Shown here piece after piece: positions 28,524-35,823 of a stretch of DNA of 35,823 nt. This DNA comes from a bacterium. Its GTDB lineage: Bacteria > Myxococcota > Kuafuiibacteriia > Kuafuiibacteriales > Kuafuiibacteriaceae. The stretch lies in NCBI GenBank assembly GCA_030426505.1, contig JAUHYN010000003.1, positions 1 to 35,823 on the forward strand, written 5' to 3'. The position numbers and the translations under genes were made by a program. The notes under the pieces were generated by a model, which was not told the DNA's origin, did not search any database, and saw nothing but the letters and a program-made list of their open reading frames with translations. Positions within the stretch are counted from its first letter, which is position 1. Each line of letters begins with the position of its first letter.

Positions 28524-29980
28524 CAGCCGAGGAAGCGCTTGCCCAGCGTGTCGAGGTCGAGCGCCGGGTAGGGCGAGAAGCGCTTCATCAGCGCGTCCAC
28601 GCCGTCCCGCGCCTTGTCGGCCGCGCCCGCGTCCTTCCACAGGTGCTTGGCCTTGCTGCCCGGCTTCGACTCCATGTGGTCGAGGATGGTCGCGTAGATC
28701 GACGCGACCTCGTCCATCTCCGCTTCCTTCATCCCGATCGTGGTGAGCGCCGCCGTCCCCGCGCGCAGCCCGGACGTGTACCAGGCGCCATTTTCGTCGA
28801 ACGGGATCGTGTTGCGGTTGAGCGTGATCTTGCACTCGCGGAACGCCTCCTCCGCCTGCCGGCCGGTGTAGCCGCGATCGGTGAGGTCGATCAGCACGAG
28901 GTGGTTCTCGGTGCCGCCGGTCAGGACCTTCACGCCGCGCTTCTCGAGCGACGCGGCGAGCGCGCTCGCGTTCTTCACGATCTGCGCCGCGTAGTCGCGG
29001 AAGCCCGGCTGCAGCGCCTCCTTGAAGCACACGCCCTTCGCCGCCATCACGTGCGGCAGCGGGCCGCCCGCCACGAGCGGGCAGCCACGGTTGAGCGTGT
29101 CGCGGAACTCCTTCGTGGACAGCACCATGCCGCCGCGCGGACCGCGGAGTGTCTTGTGCGTGGTGGTCGTGACGACCTGCGCGTGCGGGACGGGATCGAA
29201 GTCGCCCGTGAAGACCTTGCCGGCCACGAGCCCGGCGAAGTGCGCCATGTCGACCATCAGCACCGCGCCGACGTCGTCCGCGATCTGCCGCATCTTCGCG
29301 AAGTCGACCTTGCGCGGGTACGCGGAGTAGCCGGCGATCAGGATCAGCGGCTTCACTTCCTTCGCCTGCTTCGCGATCGCGTCGTAGTCGAGGAGCCCGG
29401 TCTCTTCGCTGACGCTGTAGCTGAACGCCTCGAACATCTTCGCCGAGACGTTGTGGCGGAAGCCGTGCGTGAGGTGCCCGCCGGAGTAGAGGCCGGGGCC
29501 GAGGAGGCGCTGGTTGCCCAGCTTCTGCCGGACGACCTCCCACTCCTCGTGCGACATCGTCGCGGGGTTCTTGTCGCCGACGGCGGGGGCCTCCACGCGG
29601 TTGGTGAGGATCGACCAGAACGCGATCAGGTTGGCGTCGGCGCCCGAGTGCGGCTGAACGTACGCGTGTTCGGCGCCGAAGAGCTCGCACGCCCAGCGCG
29701 CGGTCTGCGCCTCGATGGCGTCGACGTTCTCGCAGCCGGCGTAGAAGCGGCGCGGCTTGATGTCGCCCTCGTACTCGACGTAGCCCTCGGCGTACTTGTC
29801 GGTGAGGAGGTTCGCCATCGCGAACTGCACGGCGAGCGAGCTGTAGTTCTCGCTCGCGATCATCTTGAGGTTGCGACCTTGGTCGAACAGCTCCTGGACG
29901 ATCGGCCGCGCGATCTCGGGGGCCACGCGGCTGACCACGGCGATGAGGTTTTCGAAGGCCTGCTGTTCGGGAGTCGACAT
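28523..29980 (-). CDS. glyA: Serine hydroxymethyltransferase (long form)
   Basis: MIASENY, DKYAEGY, VQPHSGADAN, GGHLTHG, DMAHFAGLVAG, TTTTHKTLRGPRGG, TSGLRAGT; start MSTPEQQ at 29980. Confidence 0.96.
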   Translation of the reverse strand: MSTPEQQAFENLIAVVSRVAPEIARPIVQELFDQGRNLKMIASENYSSLAVQFAMANLLTDKYAEGYVEYEGDIKPRRFYAGCENVDAIEAQTARWACELFGAEHAYVQPHSGADANLIAFWSILTNRVEAPAVGDKNPATMSHEEWEVVRQKLGNQRLLGPGLYSGGHLTHGFRHNVSAKMFEAFSYSVSEETGLLDYDAIAKQAKEVKPLILIAGYSAYPRKVDFAKMRQIADDVGAVLMVDMAHFAGLVAGKVFTGDFDPVPHAQVVTTTTHKTLRGPRGGMVLSTKEFRDTLNRGCPLVAGGPLPHVMAAKGVCFKEALQPGFRDYAAQIVKNASALAASLEKRGVKVLTGGTENHLVLIDLTDRGYTGRQAEEAFRECKITLNRNTIPFDENGAWYTSGLRAGTAALTTIGMKEAEMDEVASIYATILDHMESKPGSKAKHLWKDAGAADKARDGVDALMKRFSPYPALDLDTLGKRFLG

Positions 29981-29987
29981 GCGAGGT

Positions 29988-30016
29988 TCGCTAACGAGCA
30001 CCCTCGTGACTGTCAA
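29988..30016 (-). promoter_or_regulatory. Putative sigma70 promoter of glyA
   Basis: Perfect TTGACA-N17-TAGCGA-7 nt-ATG; the -10 is non-canonical. Confidence 0.5.
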
Positions 30017-30049
30017 GCTGCGCGCCGGGTGGGGTAGTCTCCGCGCGCG

Positions 30050-31315
30050 TTGGCCGACCCGGAGCAATCGTCCCTGATTCGACGGACTTGGAACCGCCGA
30101 ATGCTCGTGTGCGTCCTCACCGGGTTCTCGTCCGGGCTGCCGCTCTACATCCTCATCCAACTCCTCCCCGGCTGGCTCGAGGACGAAGGCGTCGACATCA
30201 AGACGATCGGACTCTTCGCGTGGAGCACGACCCCATATACGTGGAAGTTCCTCTGGTCGCCGCTCCTGGATCGGTTCGTCCCGCCGTTCCTCGGGCGGCG
30301 CCGCGGTTGGGCGCTCGTCACGCAGGTCGCGTTGCTCTTCTCGATCGCGGCGCTCGCGCCGCTCGATCCCGCGGTGTCCGTCTGGCCGATCGCGTACGTC
30401 GCGCTCGCGATCTCGTTCTTCTCGGCGAGCCAGGACATCGTCCTCGACGCCTACCGCCGCGAGCTCCTCCCGGACGAGGAGCTCGGCCTCGGCAACTCGT
30501 ACTTCGTCAACGCGTACCGCGTCGCGGGCTTCGTGCCGGGAGGCCTCGCGTTCATCCTCGCGGATCGGATCCCGTGGTCGTCGGTCCACCTCGTGGTCGC
30601 GGCGTTCATGTCGGTCGGGATCGTCGCGACGCTCTTGATCCCGGAGCCCGAAGTCGACGGCCCGCCGCCGCGCACGTTGCGCGAGGCGGTCGTCGAACCC
30701 CTCCTCGAGTTCTTCCGGCGTCGCGGGACGCGCTCCGCCCTGGAGATCCTCGCGTTCCTCTTCCTCTACAAGCTCGGCGACAACATGGCCGTCGCGCTCT
30801 CGACGCCGTTCTACCTACAAATCGGATTCACGAAGACGGTCATCGGCACCACGGCGAAGCTCGTCGGGTTCTGGGCCGCGATCATCGGCGGCTTCTTCGG
30901 CGGCGCGCTGATGTTGCGGATCGGGATCAACCGCGCGCTGTGGTTGTTCGGCGTCGTGCAGATCGTGTCGATCCTCGGCTTCGCGCTGTTGTCGGTGTCG
31001 GGGCCGGATCAGACGGTGCTCGCGGGGGTCGTCGCGTTCGAGTACCTCGGTGTCGGGCTCGGGACTTCGGCGTTCGTCGCCTTCATGGCCCGCACCACGA
31101 ACAAGCGCTTCACGGCGACGCAGTTCGCGTTGTTCTCCAGCTTCATCGGGATCCCGCGGACGCTCGCCGCGAGCCTGACCGGCTTCATCGTGGACGCCCT
31201 CGGTTGGACGACCTTCTTCCTCGTATGCACTGCGCTCGCCGTTCCCGGGATGCTCATGTTGTTCCGCGTCGCGCCCTGGAACGGGGACCGCGCGAGCGCC
31301 CCCGAGGCGCTTTGA
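30050..31315 (+). CDS. ampG: AmpG family muropeptide MFS permease
   Basis: GFSSGLPL, PYTWKFLWSPLLDRF..PFLGRRRGW, FSASQDIVLDAYRRELL, FLYKLGD, FTATQFALFSS. Confidence 0.93.
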   Translation: MADPEQSSLIRRTWNRRMLVCVLTGFSSGLPLYILIQLLPGWLEDEGVDIKTIGLFAWSTTPYTWKFLWSPLLDRFVPPFLGRRRGWALVTQVALLFSIAALAPLDPAVSVWPIAYVALAISFFSASQDIVLDAYRRELLPDEELGLGNSYFVNAYRVAGFVPGGLAFILADRIPWSSVHLVVAAFMSVGIVATLLIPEPEVDGPPPRTLREAVVEPLLEFFRRRGTRSALEILAFLFLYKLGDNMAVALSTPFYLQIGFTKTVIGTTAKLVGFWAAIIGGFFGGALMLRIGINRALWLFGVVQIVSILGFALLSVSGPDQTVLAGVVAFEYLGVGLGTSAFVAFMARTTNKRFTATQFALFSSFIGIPRTLAASLTGFIVDALGWTTFFLVCTALAVPGMLMLFRVAPWNGDRASAPEAL

Positions 31316-31346
31316 CCTCGCGACCGAGGCGCGGTAGAGCGGCGCC

Positions 31347-31868
31347 ATGGGTACACCGAATTTTCCTGATGTCAGCGACGTGAAGGGCGCGATCCTCCAC
31401 ACCTCGATGGGCGACATCGAAGTGAAGCTCTTCTCCGACCTCGTCCCGAAGACGGTCGGCAACTTCGTCGGGCTCGCGGAGGGCACGATCCCCTGGTCGG
31501 GCGGCTCCGGTCCGCTCTACTCGAACGTCATCTTCCACCGCATCATCAAGGACTTCATGCTCCAGGGCGGTGACCCGGAAGGCTCCGGCCGCGGCGGCCC
31601 CGGCTACCGCTTCGCGGACGAGTTCCACCCCACGCTCAAGCACAGCAAGCCCGGCATCCTCTCGATGGCGAACGCGGGCCCCGGCACGAACGGGTCGCAG
31701 TTCTTCATCACGACCGTGCCCACCCCGCACCTCGACAACCGGCACTCGGTGTTCGGCGAGGTCGTGAACGGCATGGACGTCGTCACGAAGATCGAGAACG
31801 TGCGCACCGGCCCCGGCGACCGCCCGGTCGAGGACGTCGTGCTGAAGAGCGTCGAGATCCTCCGCTGA
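31347..31868 (+). CDS. Cyclophilin-type peptidyl-prolyl cis-trans isomerase
   Basis: [59 protein letters not shown]. Confidence 0.96.
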   Translation: MGTPNFPDVSDVKGAILHTSMGDIEVKLFSDLVPKTVGNFVGLAEGTIPWSGGSGPLYSNVIFHRIIKDFMLQGGDPEGSGRGGPGYRFADEFHPTLKHSKPGILSMANAGPGTNGSQFFITTVPTPHLDNRHSVFGEVVNGMDVVTKIENVRTGPGDRPVEDVVLKSVEILR

Positions 31869-31878
31869 CGGCCCGCGG

Positions 31879-31907
31879 TTGACCGCGCTCGGCGTGCGCC
31901 CTAGGTT
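31879..31907 (+). promoter_or_regulatory. Putative sigma70 promoter of dapD
   Basis: TTGACC-N17-TAGGTT, 10 nt before ATG 31918. Confidence 0.55.
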
Positions 31908-31917
31908 CCTGCGTCGC

Positions 31918-32762
<845 letters not shown>

Positions 32763-32766
<4 letters not shown>

Positions 32767-33779
32767 AGCGCCTCTTCGTCGTCCTCGCCGCCCTGCTCGC
32801 GTTCGCGTGTGACGAGACCGACGAGTGTCGTCGCCTCGATCGCATCAAGACCGAGAACGAAGAGGTCCTGCACCAGGCCGAGCGTCGCGCCGCCCAGGCG
32901 GAGACGATCGAGAAGCGGATGCAGTCGATGAAGGCGAAGGCTGACGAGGTCTTCGCCGACCTCGGCCTCGACCAGGCGGAGGACGCCGTCACGAAGACCT
33001 TCGAGGCGCGCGCGAAGGAGAACGGCGCGACCGTCGAGCGCGGCATCGACGTCGGCGGCAACCTGGCGGGGGGTGGCGGCACCGAGACGCAGTGGACGTT
33101 CGAGTTCTCCGCGAAGTCGACGAGCGCGGCGTGGGCCACCGCGGAGAAGCTGATGGCGATCCCGCCGCTGGCGCGCCTGATCGGGCTGTCGCCGATGAGC
33201 GCGCGCGGGCGCTACCGGTTGGAGATCTCGCGCGGCATCGTGGACCGCGCGCCGATGAAGGTGAAGCCGACGCCGCTCCCGAAGCTGCGGGACCCGTCGG
33301 AGGTGGCGTCGCAGTTCGGCTTCTGCGGCGCGGACGAAAAGCGCGCGGCGCTCGCCCAGATCACGAAGAAGGTCGAGGAGCTCACGCCCCAGGCCGAGGC
33401 GCTCTCCGTGAACCTCCCGCTCGCCGCGAGCTGGGAGGGCCTCTACAAGCGCGCCGAGGTCATCCGCGACATCGAGGAGGAGTCCCGCCGCATCGTGCGC
33501 GAAGTCCTCGCGGCGGCGGACAGCGCCAAGGTGAAGGTGAAGGCGGCGGGCGTCGAGAACGACATCGTGATCGTGGAGCTGATCGGCGGGAAGAAGGAGC
33601 GCGGGCGCGTGGAGCAAGCGATGCCGTCCAAGCTCGTCGAGCAGCTGCAGAAGGTCGAGGGCTCGGGCACCAAGGTCGAGCGCCTGATGATCGTGAACCG
33701 CCACGCGGAGAAGCGCCGCGAGGCGAAAGAGAAGCTCGAGAAGGCGATCGAGAAGCAGCAGCAGCAGAAGGGGCCATGA
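32763..33779 (+). CDS. Hypothetical coiled-coil lipoprotein
   Basis: [16 protein letters not shown] signal/lipobox; ATGA overlaps with both neighbours. Confidence 0.75.
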
Positions 33780-34915
33780 GCACACCACTGTCCTCGCGCG
33801 TCGCGGCGCTCGCGCCGTCGATCATTCGCGTGATGAACGGGCGGCGCCGCCCGACCAGCATCGACCTGTCGTTGGGGCAGCCGGCGTTGCCGCCGGACGA
33901 TGGCCTCGTGGAGAAGGCCCTCGCCGCGACGGCGGCGGCGGGGTGGGGCTACACGCCGAACCCCGGGATCGTCGAGCTGCGCGAGGCGATCGCGAAGCAC
34001 TACGCGTTGCCGGGGCGTGACCGCGCGGAGAACGTCATCGTCACCGTCGGCAGCGAAGAGGCGGTGTACCTCGCGTTGTTGTCGAGCGTGGATCCGGGCG
34101 ACGAGATCTTGTTCCCGGAGCCGGGCTATCCGGCGTACCGCGGGATCGCGGGGCTGATCGGCGCGACGCCGGTGCCGTACCCGATCACGAAGGAGACCGG
34201 TCTGGTCGCGCGCGCCGACGCGATCGAGGCCCGCATCACGGACCGCACGAAGATCGTGGTGCTGAATTCGCCGTCGAACCCGTTCGGGATGTTCGAGGAC
34301 GAAGACGAGCTGCGCCGGATCGCCGACGTTTGCGAAGCGCGGGGCGTGACGATCCTCGCCGACGAGATCTACCGCGACCTCGTGTACGGCGATCGCGCGT
34401 TCCGTTCGGTGACCGAGCTGTCGGAGCGCACGATTCTCGTGAGCGGGCTCTCGAAGAGCTGCGCGCTCACCGGGTTCCGGCTCGGGTACCTCGTCGCGGA
34501 CGCGGACTTCATCGTGAAGGCGACGCTCGCGCACCAGCTCCTCGTCACGTGCGCGCCGCGGATTTCCCAGCATGCCGCGGTGGAGGTCTTCGCAGATCCA
34601 TCGAGCCTCGTGCGCCACGTCCCGTACTACGCGGCGGCGCGCGAGGCCGTGGTCGAAGCGGCGAAGGCGCTGCCGTCGGACGTGTCCTTGTTCGTCGGCG
34701 ACGGCGCGTTCTACGCGATCATCGACGTCAGCGCGAAGACGGACGACGCGTACGCGTTGGCGGTCGAGCTCCTCGATCAAGAGGACGTCGTCGCGGTGCC
34801 GGGCGTCGCGTTCGGGGCCGGCGGTGAGTGGTTCTGGCGCATCTCCTACGCCGCGGGCGCCGAGACGGCGTCCGAGGGTGTGCGTCGAATTGCGAAGTTC
34901 CTCGCGGCGCGCTGA
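33776..34915 (+). CDS. PLP-dependent aminotransferase class I/II
   Basis: IDLSLGQP, GYTPNPG..ELREAIA, VTVGSEEA, NSPSNPFG, DEIY, SGLSKSCALTGFRLGY; start MSTPLSSRV at 33776. Confidence 0.92.
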   Translation: MSTPLSSRVAALAPSIIRVMNGRRRPTSIDLSLGQPALPPDDGLVEKALAATAAAGWGYTPNPGIVELREAIAKHYALPGRDRAENVIVTVGSEEAVYLALLSSVDPGDEILFPEPGYPAYRGIAGLIGATPVPYPITKETGLVARADAIEARITDRTKIVVLNSPSNPFGMFEDEDELRRIADVCEARGVTILADEIYRDLVYGDRAFRSVTELSERTILVSGLSKSCALTGFRLGYLVADADFIVKATLAHQLLVTCAPRISQHAAVEVFADPSSLVRHVPYYAAAREAVVEAAKALPSDVSLFVGDGAFYAIIDVSAKTDDAYALAVELLDQEDVVAVPGVAFGAGGEWFWRISYAAGAETASEGVRRIAKFLAAR

Positions 34916-34922
34916 AGACGCG

Positions 34923-35822
34923 CTACCAGCCGTCCTCGTCCACTGTGGCGACCGCCGCGCGACGGATGTCGGGGCGCCGGTGCGTCACGAGCTCCATCAA
35001 CAGCATGTCGGCGCCGGGGAGCTTGCTCTTGGCGATGCCTTGGATGAGCGCGATGCGCTCCGACGTCGACGCCGTCTCGAGCATCTGCTCGAAGCGGTTC
35101 AGGACGGGCGACGAGCTCGGCGGCGAGAGGAGGTGAATCGCCTCCAGGCGGATATTGGGGCGCGGATCGTCGAGGGCGCCGAGCACCACCGCGTTGCGCT
35201 CCTTGGTCGGCGTGGCGGCGATCGCGCGGAGCGCGGCGACCTGCACGTCGGACGCGGGATCCGCGAGGTGCTCTTCGAGCGCGACGCGCGCGGAGGCGGA
35301 CGGGATGGGGCCGAGCGCCGCCAGCGCTGCGATGCGCACTGCGGGCTGCTCGTCGCGCGCGAGCTCGGCGAGTCGCGGCGTGAGGGCGTTGTCCGCCATC
35401 TTCTCCATGACTTGGATCGCCGCGATGCGGCGCTCGTCGACGTCGCTTTCGGCCATCGCGAGGACCTTCGCCTTCACGCCCTCGCGCGGCGCGGCGACGA
35501 GGATGTCGAGGATCGCCGCCTTGGTGATGACACTCGCGCTCGGGAGCGCTTCGAACGCGCCATCGACGATCTTGTCGCCCATGACCGCGAGCGTGTCCCG
35601 CGCGAAAGCGCTCAGGCGCGGTCGACGCGACGCGAGCAGACCGAACAGCGCCTTGGCTTCGCGTTCGCCACCGCCCGCGACCATCATGTCGCGATACGCG
35701 GCTTGGCCCTTTTCGCCGGAGGCGAGGGCTGCCAGCGTGAGGATCTCGTAGGTGCGTCGCGTGGCGTCGGCGCGGAGCTTCTTCTTCATCGCGGCGCGGA
35801 CCGCGTCGTCGACGCGGCGGTC
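34923..35822 (-). CDS. HEAT repeat protein, C-terminal part (5' end outside window)
   Basis: Repeated L.D....VR.AA..AL units (DEQPAVRIAALAAL, DPASDVQVAALRAI, DPRPNIRLEAI); frame is open to the window edge. Confidence 0.85.
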   Translation of the reverse strand, partial: DRRVDDAVRAAMKKKLRADATRRTYEILTLAALASGEKGQAAYRDMMVAGGGEREAKALFGLLASRRPRLSAFARDTLAVMGDKIVDGAFEALPSASVITKAAILDILVAAPREGVKAKVLAMAESDVDERRIAAIQVMEKMADNALTPRLAELARDEQPAVRIAALAALGPIPSASARVALEEHLADPASDVQVAALRAIAATPTKERNAVVLGALDDPRPNIRLEAIHLLSPPSSSPVLNRFEQMLETASTSERIALIQGIAKSKLPGADMLLMELVTHRRPDIRRAAVATVDEDGW

Positions 35823-35823
35823 G

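Overview
High-GC bacterial chromosomal window, densely coding with about 33 CDS. Ser/Thr kinases, PEGA proteins and many lipoproteins suggest a Myxococcota/deltaproteobacterial lineage (inference only). Recognisable housekeeping genes are coaD, prfB (with its programmed +1 frameshift), mfd, glyA, ampG, a cyclophilin, dapD and a class I/II aminotransferase. I saw no rRNA, tRNA, CRISPR array, transposase or phage gene. Most notable observations: (1) a sigma28-like promoter ahead of a soluble protein with two degenerate chemoreceptor hairpin tips, translationally coupled to an ODP-type di-iron MBL protein; (2) a 178-bp CTAG-bounded palindromic MITE-like element that supplies a kinase stop codon; (3) a thioredoxin / DCC1 / di-haem cluster whose di-haem lipoprotein looks MauG/BthA-like (Tyr ligand, no bridging Trp); (4) a membrane pseudokinase with two PEGA domains coupled to an orphan CapA protein; (5) a TetR mini-regulon defined by two TGACC-N13-GGTCA sites; (6) repeated sigma70-like promoters placed for leaderless or near-leaderless mRNAs; (7) a possible PilO/PilN-like fusion lipoprotein inside the dapD operon. 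All family calls come from motif recognition by eye; no database searches were run.
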